This document shows positions 49,939 to 62,786 of a DNA stretch of 64,000 nucleotides, piece after piece. Under the pieces are notes generated by a model. It saw only the letters and a list, made by a program, of their open reading frames with translations, made no database searches and was not told the DNA's origin. Location: assembly GCA_965644295.1 (NCBI GenBank), contig CBFFRP010000068.1, positions 62,001 to 126,000 on the forward strand, given 5' to 3'. The position numbers and the translations under genes were made by a program. Position 1 is the stretch's first letter. Each line of letters opens with the position of its first letter. The DNA comes from Paraphysomonas bandaiensis (Eukaryota; Protista; Chrysophyceae).

Positions 49939-51402
49939 CTAACAAGCTTTGTTACCGAGTGCAACCGCCGCTTTGGACCCACTTCGTCTTTCTAAGTGAC
50001 CATCAATAAACTTTCCAACTTCGCACAGCTTTTGAAAGTCAACTCCCGTTTCAATGCCCATGCTATGTAGGAGGTAGACAACATCCTCGGTTGCAACATT
50101 ACCAGTTGCCCCTGCAGCATAAGGACAGCCGCCTAGACCAGAGACAGACGAATCAATTACTTTAATACCATGTTCGAGGGCAACCAATATGTTGGAGAGC
50201 GCCAATCCCCGAGTATCGTGGAAATGAACAGCAAGTCTGTACACGACAACATATATTACAGCAACTAATGAAATGACGCTCATATGAATAGCTAATGTTT
50301 ATGAATACAAAACAGTATTTACTTGTCTGCTGAAATTCCTCCCACTCTCAAAACCTCTAGCAATTTCTGAGTAGCGAGAGGGTTTCCACTGCCTATAGTA
50401 TCTCCTAGAGATATTTCATAGCAACCCGCATCGAGGAGTTCCTGTGATACTTCCAATACCTGCGAGGTTACAACTTTGTCAGTAATCCATACATATACAT
50501 ATTCCAGTCATGCATGTGCTACATATGTATGATAAATAAAAACTACTCGATCATTTAAAATGGCAATGCATATAGAAGTCTGGGTGTCGTACGATATACA
50601 TATGCATCAAATAAGTCGCACTATTATGGCGCATGCCTATATAATCAACACACCTTTGCTGGATCAATGTCACCTTCGTAGGGGCAGCCTACATATATAT
50701 TACACACATGCAGTTTCATAAACCAAAACATACCTAGAACGCACGAAACATATCCCCTTACGGTCATGCCTAGTATGAGAGTTAGTTAATGAGTGTAACG
50801 AGTTCTGCAAGCTCATTACCTGCTGAGAGGGCACGCTGAGTGACTTCTTTCTGCTTTACAAGCGATTCAGAGATAGTCATATTAATATTCTTCTTCGAAA
50901 ATTTCTCCGATGCTGCTGCAAAAACAGCAACTTCTTTGACTTTGGAAGCCATAGCACCTTCAAGGCCCTTCGCATTAGGAGTCAAACCAGCAAATGTGAC
51001 GGAGGGGGGCATTCCCATATTGTTAATAGCAGCAAAAACTTTATCAGTATCTGCCATCTGAGGTACCCACTTAGGGCTCACAAATGAACCCGCCTCAATG
51101 TAAGTGAGACCTGTATCTACTAACCTAATGCCACAGTAAGGATATACATACTCATATATATAGTTACTAACCGTTTAATCAATTCTACTTTAATTTCAAC
51201 AGGTATAGGCCTCTTTTCATTTTGTAGACCATCTCTTGCACCAACCTATATACATATGCTATATGAGCCCATATATAGCACGTATAGATGCATATAAGTA
51301 TGTATATGTGTATGTATGTGTGTATGTATGTACCTCTACTATCTTAACTCTCTTAGGTAAAGATGAAGAAGATATCCTTCGGGTAATAATTCGAGTATGC
51401 AT
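49939..51402 (-). CDS. HMGCL: Hydroxymethylglutaryl-CoA lyase, mitochondrial, multi-exon
   Basis: Spliced VKIVE|[78 protein letters not shown]. Confidence 0.96.
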
Positions 51403-51873
51403 ATTGGAAATAGAATTGTTTTATATGTAATGAAAATCTATATGTTAACAATGCAATACTATCAGCTCAATGTGGATGTATATGCATGTCCTGGCTGATA
51501 GTAGTGTATATATATGCATATACATGTACATATATGTATGTATAGAAGAGATGATGTAAACCCTGCTATCTGTTTAGTATAATATACACTTTTTTATGTA
51601 TAAAATCTACGATTATGTTGTTTTTCCTCATCATTATCTGATATTTTAGTATTTTTTCCAATTTCTAGGGTATGGAAAAAACCAAACTATGTTTTTCGTT
51701 ACATTACTATGCTATAGTGTACTTTGTGTAGATAGATTGCGAGTTTACTCATATGGACACCACAGTACTCTGTATATACTTGCTTCTATAGATGGATGCA
51801 TAGGCAAGCACAGTTATATTATCACACTGTTGTTGCTACTATTATAAACAAAACAGTGTATAATTCAAACACA

Positions 51874-52918
51874 ATGTCAGATGATGATTATGCTGCTATT
51901 ACAGCACAGGTATATATAAATTCATAAGCTTTAATTCTAGAAACAATTGTTTATAATTATCCATATATAGGACTCATATATTGAACCCACTCCCACTGAA
52001 CCAACAGTCATATCAGGACCTGCAGATGTAGGAGATGTGGTAAGTACATATTACTATATATATAAGTTCTATTAATGGTATCTGATTTAGTTTCCTGATT
52101 TCACTCTCGACTCTCAAGTAGGCCCTATCTCATATCACGCTCTCATAGACGGGAAATGGGGATTAGTGATAACATTCGGAAAATGTTATGATCCCGTGAC
52201 AACCACGGTTTGAATTGACTGAACTGTATATCATATTTTGTAATATATCATCAGGATATTGGCATGGTGTGCAAATTACTTGAAGAATACGAATCACGTA
52301 ACATATCTGTAGTTTGTATCGGAACTGACACGGGTATTAAATACAATTACTAGTGTGTATGGAAATAACTTCATGAATTATATAGTATCGAACTACAGAA
52401 AGTGGATAAAGGACATTGAAGAGCTTCAAGAGGTAAAGGTGTCTATTCCATTGATCTCTGATGTGGACTGCATCGTGCTCAAGGCTGTAAGTGTTCTTTG
52501 TTGCGAAGAGATTTATATGTTCTTATGTGCGGTATGTAGATTGGATGTGCGAAACTCTCTCCAATTCAGGAGACGGTATTACCCACATGCAATGGTGTAT
52601 TTATGATTGATGTAGACAAACGCGTCCGTAGTAGCATGCGGTATAGCCAGACCACAGGTACAACGTGTTTGCTGTGCAGTGTATATTGGACACTAACACT
52701 CAAGTACAGGAAGAAATTTCTACGAGATAATTAGATTGTATGACGCCATGCAGCTTGTGACCTATCACCATGTTGTGGCGCCTTCCAATTGGGCAATAGG
52801 GCAAGATGTTATGGTGAATAACAACATATCGGATGACGAGGCTAATGCCACACTAGTGAAAGGGTTTGTGGCTATCAAACCTTGGTTTAGACTAACGCCT
52901 GCCCCTGACAATAAATAG
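51874..52918 (+). CDS. Peroxiredoxin-6 (1-Cys Prx)-like protein lacking catalytic residues, 7 exons
   Basis: FPDFTLDSQ.G.I.YH....KWG, PVTTT|D (canonical PVCTTE), KWIKDIEE, PLISD, TT|GRNFYEIIRL.DAMQL, APSNW..GQDV, KPWFRLTPAP. Confidence 0.85.
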
Positions 52919-53432
52919 CGTTGTAAATAAGCTAGTGAATCATCTTTGTTGTAGCTAATATATTTATGTGAAAAGATAATACTAACATAATAACCATTGA
53001 GTAACGGAATTGTGCAGTTGTGTTCGAAAGACACAACTGTTGGTATTTGTAATGCTATATGATCATATTTTAAAGCATTACGGTCTAATTTATGAAACAG
53101 TACATGCACTGTGACGTGCAAGCTCATTATATGCGTTAGTAAGTTATATTAGGGCTAGGGAACAGTATAATGAATTGAAATATTACATGAATCATGAATA
53201 TATATAGCTCTCATTCAATGTAATACGCTATATCACTCTATTCTCTATTCGATGTAAACATTTAAAGAAATAATGAAGCGCGGGTTCGCTTAGTAAAAAT
53301 CGATGAGCCAAAGAGATAAAAAGGTGTAATAAAACGTGTGATTATTATAAATCCAAACCCATAACATGAAAAATAGTGTAACCCCCTAGTTTGTACTAAG
53401 TTTGCGAAGAAGAAAATTAGTATATGACAACA

Positions 53433-54056
53433 CTATCCCCTTCTTGAGAAAATAGAATCTTCGTTGGCAACCTTGTCCATCAACTGTAGGGGCTTCAATA
53501 TGTTCGCTTTATTATTTTCAACAACATATCCGTTTGCAACCATTTCGTCCACAATGTAATACGCCTTCTCGATATGAAACATGATCTGTAGCGAGTCAAA
53601 ATCAGTTATATTAAGAATCAGAGTATTTGACGTACATCCAATTCACACACACTCTCGAAGTATTTGTCCATGGTTTCTACGAGCGAGTGAATAAATTCCA
53701 ACATCGCCAATTCATTCTACACAAGCAAATATGATTAATATTGATTAAAAACCTTCGTATGATATACCTCATCATCACCATCCACTGCAACAACAAAAAA
53801 CAGTGATGCATATCTTCGGTACACAACTTTAAATCCACGATACTCTAGAAACGAACACTACCACACAGTAATTACTATTACAAAAAAAAACATATTTCAT
53901 TATATTAAACATATTTACCTGATATTCTGTTCTTGATAAACATCTTCTAATAATTTCAGCTTCTAGAGCAATTCGTTCTTGTACAGGAAACCACTCAAAA
54001 TATGAGGCGAGTCTTGTCTGTCCCTGTTTATTCACCATCAACACAAACTTTATCAT
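53433..54056 (-). CDS. AP4S1: AP-4 complex subunit sigma, 4 exons
   Basis: [65 protein letters not shown]|IMFHIEKA. Confidence 0.95.
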
Positions 54057-54716
54057 TATGAGTTATTCCCAATGTAGCCTAATGTGTTAGATATTAGGCA
54101 ACTATAGGAATGATAATATAAATCAATATGGAGTGATGAATAAGGTAATGGATTTATTTCCACTTTATGTATAAGGATTGCTGCATACATACATATAGCA
54201 TTTGCTGGATACATTACACACTATACACTATACACTATACACTATACACTATACACTATACACATACACATACATACAGCAATACATACTCCTATACCGG
54301 TATATATGATTCCTATTATTTATATGGTATGAACCAAAATACGGCATTTCTGCTTGACAGCAATATTCTGGAAAACACTGATATATTTCGCTATAAATAG
54401 GTGATTTTAGACAACAGTTGTAAAAATTGTAAAAAATAACTACAACAAATACTCACTTTGGATTAAAAATATCCTTCAACATACAAAAAAACGATATTTT
54501 CTAGACATCTCATCACATATATAGTCAAAAAATATTGATATGCAAGCAGGAGTGTTGAGAATGGGGAGGATCTCCTGTCGACTGGTCAACAGCATATAGA
54601 AATGAATATAGACATACATACATACATACATACATACATACATTCATATTAAAGTGAATACATTTAATTATTTGAAAGTTTTTTTCTTTAAAACTTAATA
54701 TTTCATTATATTGAAA

Positions 54717-55286
54717 ATGTTTGCATCTACTCAATTACGTAGCGCTGCTAAGAGAGTGTTCAATGGTATGTTTATTAATTTAATGGTCTAAATTTAATAT
54801 TTTTTATTTCAATATATGAATTAAAGGAAACCAAAACCGCTCATTTTCTTTTGTTAATGGTAAAAAAATATATATTATATTATTATATATGTGTATAATT
54901 ATATATTGTCAGCTGATAGCGGACAGCTGGGTACCAAATTTTTCCATAACACCAACCTCCTGTTGGTGGGAATATTCCCTATTGCTCTTTTTTCAAGTCC
55001 GTCATCAATCACCTACCCTTTGGACCTTGCCATGGGTGTTCTGATTCCTCTTCATGCTCATATTGGAGTTAATATTGTGATTAGCGACTACGTTCCCAAA
55101 GCCGCTAGAAGTATGTGTATTGTGATGTTTCTTATATTGTGGTAACTTTAAATAGGCGCTTGCAGATTCGGAATGGTTGGAGCGACTGTACTCACAATTG
55201 CAGGATTGACGAAATTAAATGTCGCGGGTCCGGGTATTACGGAGACTATTAAGTGTCTTTGGAAATCTCCCAAGAAGGATGCATAA
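54717..55286 (+). CDS. SDH4: Succinate dehydrogenase cytochrome b small subunit (CybS/SDH4), 4 exons
   Basis: Presequence MFASTQLRSAAKRVF; DLAMGVLIPLHAHIGVNIVISDYVPK; GPGITETIKCLW. Confidence 0.92.
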
Positions 55287-57304
55287 GACGGAATCTATCG
55301 AACTGCAGTTGTCCGCCGTGACAGATGTTACCGTGCGATCGATGCTTATATATTTTTCTAAATAATTATCGGGGAATTGTCAAACAAAACTTCATTTTAA
55401 ATGTGATAGCCGTGGTTAGTGTTGGTATTTGTTAAGGTTTAGAATTGCTACTACTCATATCGCAATATTCAAACAATTATCCAACCTGAAACGTACATTC
55501 TTGTGTCAAGCAAATTGATATCAGCATAATCGGAAGGGGTAGGTACTCTATCACCATTACAACAAGAATTTGGGTATCTCTGCGATACAAAAATGACAAA
55601 TCCCTCGTACAAAAAGAATATAGGTACGGCTTTTGGCGGGGCTAAAGTTGTAAACAAAAAATTATTATATCCATGCTAAGTAAGTGGGCTCAAACTACAG
55701 AACCGGCATTTCAATAAAATTAACTACCCTAAGAAAATAATGCTTGTTGGATATTGGCATTCACGCATTCACCTGACAAACTCTCGTCTTTCGACTGCTT
55801 AGGAGTAAACAAATTTATCAAAAAATCAGTTGCATGCACAGCTTCTCAAATATAAATTGCATCTTAATAGCAATAATGGTATGTTTGAATTATTCCAGCA
55901 CAGCTTGTATGTGTTGAAATGGTCAAATGATCAATTCCAGTTTGGAGTATCTATCAATTTTGTGAGCATAGATTACTCCACCACTTACCACTCACCACTT
56001 ACAGCTTCATAATACATATCCTACTCATCTACCATAGTAATTTGTATGTATCATAGAGTAAGCAAAGTACGAATGTGTACATTCCATAATTCCACATCAT
56101 TTATAATACCGGTTGATCCGTTGTTGCCACTTCATATAGGGAATAAGTCGCCATAGTTTACTCTGGCGTTACTGTAAACTAATGGTAGAATGTACAATAT
56201 ATAATTTATACAGCAATATAATAAGTAATTCTGTGTTCTGTGTTCTGTGTATGGTGCACTCTGACTGTGTCACATGTTCCACGGATTCACGAAATGATCA
56301 CAGGAGAGAATCTCAATAAATACTGCAGCTTTAGTAACGGAAAGTCGAATTTATTATACTCTTTGTGCTGAAAACATTCTCACTCTGATTAAAAACTCGA
56401 ACATGAACATGTAACTAGAATATAGAAGGCACAGGGTACCTTCTTGATCCTGACAATCAAAAAGCATTGAATGATAGCTAGTAATGATATTATATATTAG
56501 GGACTAGAACTTTATCCAAATGTTAATATGTGGATTGATGTTTATTCAGTTATCCTCTTTCAGTGTAACTGTGTATCTCGTTGTTCAGTTCGTCTCTCCT
56601 AATCATTTTCTATTTGTCATCATACTCTGCTATTTATGTTACGTTGATACATATGTATGTATATCTCAATATGTATAGAATGTCAAGTTGTTTTAAAGAT
56701 ATACACTACAATGTGTACATATCATAGCATCCAGTGTCCATACTGTACAGCAGTATATACACCAGTAGTAGATATGACTCCAATTAACACAAATATCCAT
56801 TGAATGAACCGAGCAGGGGGGGCTCACTCGTATCGGCATCATCTGTACATTTTTGTTCAGAGATGCCTCTAATATTGAGATAATAATTATCTGTATTCCA
56901 GCCGTAGTTGTATTGCAGTAATATAGAAGTTATTTGCTTCAATTTATTTCCGAAAAAATAAGATGCATAAGATTGGCTATCTATGAGTGTACGGCGGTGT
57001 ACACAGCCCAGTTTATATGTCCCTATTTTTTCGTTGGACTGCAATACCAGTCCCCCCAAAAACTACGACCGTACCACCTAAAAAACTGGGTGAGGATATT
57101 CAGATATTCATATTCCCACTTAAAAAAATGAATCTTGTACGATGAAGTATGAATCTTCTTCATATAAACCGCTCATTTAATTGGTTGTTATCTCTGATGT
57201 GAAGTGACCTGACATATATTGAAATCCTCTCTATAGAAGTAGACATTATCATAGTGATTTATAGAGGGGTGCATATATTCACAGATTCACAGTTTCTTAT
57301 TAAA

Positions 57305-60300
57305 ATGTTACAAACTTTAGCAAGATTGAATAATGTAAATGAATGTTTAAAAGATTGTAAAAATGAGCATGTATTAGCAAAATTTCATGAATATTTTATA
57401 CATTCATTATCAAAAGAAGAACAATTCAATCTAATCTCCCTTAATGGACTTAATACTGACTTCTTTGAGGAAGCTACAGTATATATTAACTCATGTTTAG
57501 AAGGGTATACGGACACCAGTGGTATACTTGAGTTAGCACTACCCACTGAGCAGTTGTTAGCTAATGGAGGTGATGATCGTTTACATCTTAAACCTTCAGC
57601 TAATGGAGAGAAAACTAATAAATACAATGGTTCAACTATACCACGTCCTGATATGATATCAAGAGCATCATGTACATGTAGTACTGTCACAGAGAATGTA
57701 AGTGTTTTCTTGTTAGATGTTATTGTTAATGTAATATATACTTTTGTAGGGTTATGAAATCGCGAAAACTGTTCAGCATCGTATCATCACCAAAATTCTT
57801 AACGGTCAAAATAATGCGCTTAGTGAAGAGAATAAAGAGCTTCGGTCCAGGTTGCATGGAGTTCTGGGACTTTCTGAAGATAGCGCAGCTGTTATGTTGT
57901 TCCCATCGGGATCCGACGCAGAGCTTCTGCCTACCACTGCAGCATTAGTTCGACATTATAATATAAATCAACAGCGTGGTATTTCTGTTCCTCGTACAGG
58001 AGGATGCAATACACCCAAGGTTATTAGCTTCATCGTAGCCGCTGGTGAGGTGGGAAGTGGAACATCCAAGGCATCTGGAGGAAAGCATTTCTCAAATGCA
58101 CCTACCACTGCTGATGATACCACAGTTTCTGACGGAAAACTACTACAAGGCTTGTCTCCTGGTGACGTGGAAGTAGTTGAGTACAAAGCCAGAGCCCCCA
58201 GTGGATCCGTGCACCTACAGGAGGCGGACATTCTGGCTAACATCCGTCACAGGCTTGCTTCTGGAGACCACACCTCTGTGGCTATACTTCACGTGGTATG
58301 TGGCACCAAAACGGGATTGGTGTACCCCTCCCTCTCTACTGTTCAAGCAGCCCAGCAAGAGTTTGGGAACCGTTTGCTTGTAGTGGTGGATGCGTGTCAG
58401 CTGCGCTGTCACCTTAGCATGATTAAGCAATACGTGGATATGGGAGCACTTGTTTTGTTCACCGGGTCAAAATTTTTTTGTGGCCCTCCTTTCAGTGGTG
58501 CTGTCACATTTCCAGCATCGATAGCAAGAGAGATTGAGCAACACATTTCTTCCTGTGGTACATCTGAATGTGTCGTGCCGATGGGGCTGCAGAGCTATCT
58601 CACACCAAATGAAGTGCCCTCATGTATGCCACAACTAGCCCAGTTTCTTGTACCCTCCGCGGGTTGTGGGAGAAACCCCTGGAGTAATCCAGGCCTCACT
58701 CTGCGTTGGAGTTGTGCGCTTGATACTATGGAGAAGTATGCTGCCCTTCCGCCATTGGAGGTGGCGGCATTTACGCGTGCGTGGGTGGAAAACATCAGAC
58801 GGCTGGTGGAGCAGGCAGGACCCTATCTGAGCTGTCTTCAAGAAGTTGGGGACGATGGCAGATCCGGGGGTTCTGAAATGCCGGGTGAAATATGCAGCAT
58901 TGTGTCTGTTCTTGCGCATGTTCCTGATTCTTATGGAGCACTCCGCACACTATCATTCGACGAAATGAAGGCTCTATATGTCGATATGACACAAGGCTGC
59001 AGTCCACGCACGTTACTAGGCCAGCCTGTGTTACTATCCTCAGTCAGTGGGCTCACTGTACTACGAATTGCTCTCGGAGCAGATATGGTTGTACGGGCTC
59101 TTCGTCCTTGTAGTATTTCAGGAGTACATGAAACCGCAGGTGTACGTCAAGCCTTTTCCATCTCTACCATACTTCAGGAGGACGCCCAAGTTGTAGAAAA
59201 GTTCCGCTCACTTTGTGAGCGACGATGGCCTCAGATGCGCTTTTTCGGTGCTGTGAGTCCTCACCAGAATGCCCTAGTCAATAGAAATCAGGAAAAAATG
59301 GTGAAATCAGAACGCACTCTCTGTCCTGGGCCAGGGGCGGGCTTCACGAGTGAGTGCACGACAACAGAGAGGCTGGAAATGGCGGTTAAAGCTCTACAAA
59401 AGTCCTCAGGTGGATTCAATGTGGCTGTGCTCTATGACGCGGATGCTCTTCACAACTCCTACCAGCGCGTCCAAGATGTGTTTCCGAAACACTTCACCCA
59501 CTGTTATGCTGTAAAATCTTGTCCCACCCCTTATGTCTTGTATAAAGCTGTGGCAATGGGCCTTGGTTTGGAAGCAGCCTCCATATCGGAGGTTAAAATG
59601 GGACTAATGGCCGGCTGTGCCCCAGAAAAAATAGTGTTTGATAGTCCCTGTAAAACAAAGGAAGAGATATTGGAGGCGTTGCTGACTGGTGTGAGCATCA
59701 ATGCGAACACTCTCAATGAGGTTGAGAAAATCCATGAGGTACTGGCTGAACTGAAATCCAAGGGCCTATCGAGTATGAGCACAATTGGTGTCCGCATCAA
59801 TCCTCTGGTGGGAAGTGGCGCAGTGGCTCAGCTAAGCACTGCTACCACAACATCGAAATTTGGTGTACAGCTGACAGCTGAATCGCGAGAATGCATTCTG
59901 GACTGCTACCAAAAGCACCCCTTTCTTACCATGGTCATGTCACATATTGGCTCTGGAGGTGTTACAGTCGAACAACTATGCACAGGTGCTAAAGCTCTAG
60001 CAGAGTTGGCAGATGATATAGATGCCCGGTGCTGTCCTGATGGTCAGCGAATTTCAACCATTGATATTGGTGGCGGGCTGCCAGTCAACTATGAATCTGA
60101 TGAAGCCCCAGTCTTCTTGGAGTACGCTAACTTGCTACAAATCGTATGTCCCTCCCTGATGATCCCTGGCAGACGAGTTGTTACTGAGTTTGGCAAGTCT
60201 CTTGTTCTCAAGACAGGTGCTGTAGTGACTAAGGTGGAGGATATTGTTACGTCATCTAACCCTGCCGATCCTCTTGTGGCAATAGTTCATGCTGGGGCAG

Positions 60301-60671
60301 ATCTGTTCGTTCGCCCTACTTATGTCCCAGAAAAATTTTTCCATCGCACCGTGCTGTACAGTACTGCTACTGGTGAAGTCTCTGACTCCAAAGGGAAGAC
60401 GGAGGCGTGTATAAATGTATCTCTCGGAGGACCACTGTGTCACTCCGCTGATATAATAGAGACCACACTACCCACCCCTTCTGTTGGGGATTATGTGATT
60501 ATCCTTGACGGAGGAGGCAATACCCTTTCTCTATTCAGCAAACACTGCTCCCGCCTTACCCCAGCGGTGTACGCCTTTAGCATCAAAACCGGTGGTAGTG
60601 AATCGAAAATCATTACGCATTGTGTGAAAGATGAAGAAACAATCGACAACTCCGTGCAATTTTTTGGATAG
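57305..60671 (+). CDS. Two-domain PLP enzyme fusion: fold-type I aminotransferase class V-like domain plus diaminopimelate/ornithine decarboxylase-family domain (about 1104 aa; exons 57305-57697, 57750-60671)
   Basis: One GT-AG intron (57698-57749) joins the frames; N-domain GGDDRL..NKY..PRPD, FPSGSDAE, VVVDACQLR, TGSKFFCGPPFSGA, LRIALGA; C-domain CYAVKSCP, EAAS..E, FDSPCKT, RINP, SKFG, HIGS, DIGGG, EFGKS, GPLC. Confidence 0.9.
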
Positions 60672-61114
60672 TTCCTGCAATGTGTTCTAATATTATTTCA
60701 TTGAATGATACATGGCTTTCAATCTGTTATATTGTGTAACTTTACTATCACATTTTATACAGTGACTGCGTTTGTATGGATATTCAACCTGGTGAGTTTT
60801 GTCGCTTGTAAAGTGATATGATGATAAATAATCAGTTTTGTTGATCTACGTCTACTCATTGCTGTGTGTTGCGAGGTAAATTCAATACAATCTAATTTAG
60901 TCCTTGTCAATTTGGTGCTATTACCTAGTCCAGGAGTTGAAAATATAGTTTAAATAATTCATGTTTTCAGCTTGCATTGACGAGGATGGTGACTAGATCC
61001 TTATTATATTCACCTTGGCATCAATATATGAATGCAGATTTTTAGTTATTTCTTACTTTGACTAGGTTATTACACCAAAATTAGTATTACTAAGTTGAAT
61101 AATGTATCATATAT

Positions 61115-62786
61115 CAGGGATAGGGAACAATATATTGCAATATATTGTAAAATATATTGATTGGTGGACTGGTCAAATATTCCATCAATAGTGTTTCTGT
61201 TAATAGAGCTCACAATACTATTGCAATATATTGCAATCAATATTATGATAGTCATATAAGAGAAGATCCTCAACTGTATGGTGCAAAATATACGCCTCTG
61301 TATACAAATATCCGGAAAATAAGAAAAAAAGCCTATTTTTGATGTTATTTTCTATTTTTTATGTATCGCCAGCTCAAACAGCACTCTACACCTCTCCACA
61401 TGTATGTACAGTACTTCTCTTAATATAGTATATATATCCTATAGTGACAAGAAGAGACAACTGAATGATGAGTGCATACAAGAGTAGGGACATTTACCGC
61501 TGATTCTGGTAACACCGTATTACTTGTGTGAAATTGTCGAATGTTATAATATATATTAGGTGTACCCCTAGTTGGATGTGCATCTCACCGACTAAATCTC
61601 GCTGTCAATGAACTCATTGGCAGCAAAGAGAAGAGGAATAACCAAGGAGATGTGACAAGATCTGACGAAGGCATTAGGCCTCTTATTCGCAAAGTAGACC
61701 TACTAATGGGGAAGTTGAAGCAGATTAAGAATGCTGCATTGCTACGTGGCCAAACCAGTCTGCTACCAGAAAGGGTAAATGTCACAAGATGGTCTTCTAT
61801 GTTTCAGGTTCTCGTAAAGTGGATGCGTATAAAAGATCATGTATTAAAAATTGAAGACTTACCGCTTGCAGTTACTGATATGATTCCTACTCCTCGACAG
61901 AATACCGAAATAATCGCCCTTGTAGACGACCTGAGGAAGTTTGAAAGCGTCTCGAAATTGCTTCAAACTGGAGGATCAAGTCAAGTGAATCTTTATGAAT
62001 GCCGGAACATATTTGATGGCTTATTGAGGGACTTTAGGCCAAAGTATCCACTATCTGCTTTACAGAAAAACAGTCCCATTGTTAATGATCCGAATTTCGA
62101 GAATGGAATTGCAAAACTCCAAGCAGGCGAAGAATTGGACTTGACAAGATCTGAGAAAGATGCTGTTAGAATATATCTCCGTTCAGACAGTGATTATTGC
62201 AACAATACAGAGGATGATGAAGCTGAAGTTGGCTATGCGGAAAAAATTCTTCAATCAGCTCAAAAACTTAAGAAGCGAAAAGTTGAAATATCTAAGTACA
62301 GGTGCACGAGTCATGTAGTATGTACTTCCAATACGTGTGAACGCCTGTTCAGCGCAGCAAAACTGATTATATCAGTGTTGCGCAAACGTATGCATCCTAC
62401 TACACTTAATATGCTGTTGTTTCTGAAAGCTAACCGACAGTTGTGGCCGGATGCAAGCATATTTCAATCAATATTGAATGAATATGGTGATGATGATGTC
62501 ACCGATGATGGCTCAGAGGATGAGTATGAGGAAACTTTTAATTAGTTAAGAGTAGTGGGTTTGATTATCAAGTGACCTTAGACCTTATAAAATATGGCAA
62601 GTACTAAAAATGAAAACTACGGATGTGTTTACTTACTGATTAGTCATACTAATATATTGCAATATATTGTACAATATATTGCAATATATTGCAATAGTAT
62701 TGTAGGGCCGGTTTAAAAAATCCATCAATACTATTGATGGAACGCTACCTAACAATAGTATTGCAATATATTGTTCCCTATCCCTG
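61115..62786 (+). mobile_element. hAT DNA transposon, internally deleted (1672 bp)
   Basis: 28-bp perfect TIR CAGGGATAGGGAACAATATATTGCAATA; 8-bp TSD TCATATAT at 61107-61114 and 62787-62794; subterminal AATATATTG repeats. Confidence 0.96.
61560..62545 (+). CDS. C-terminal half of a hAT transposase
   Basis: GCASHRLNLAV (CxxH), TRWSS, C-terminal TSNTCERLFSAAK..RKRMHP..L.MLLFLK dimerisation domain; N-terminal BED finger and first catalytic aspartates not evident. Confidence 0.85.
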
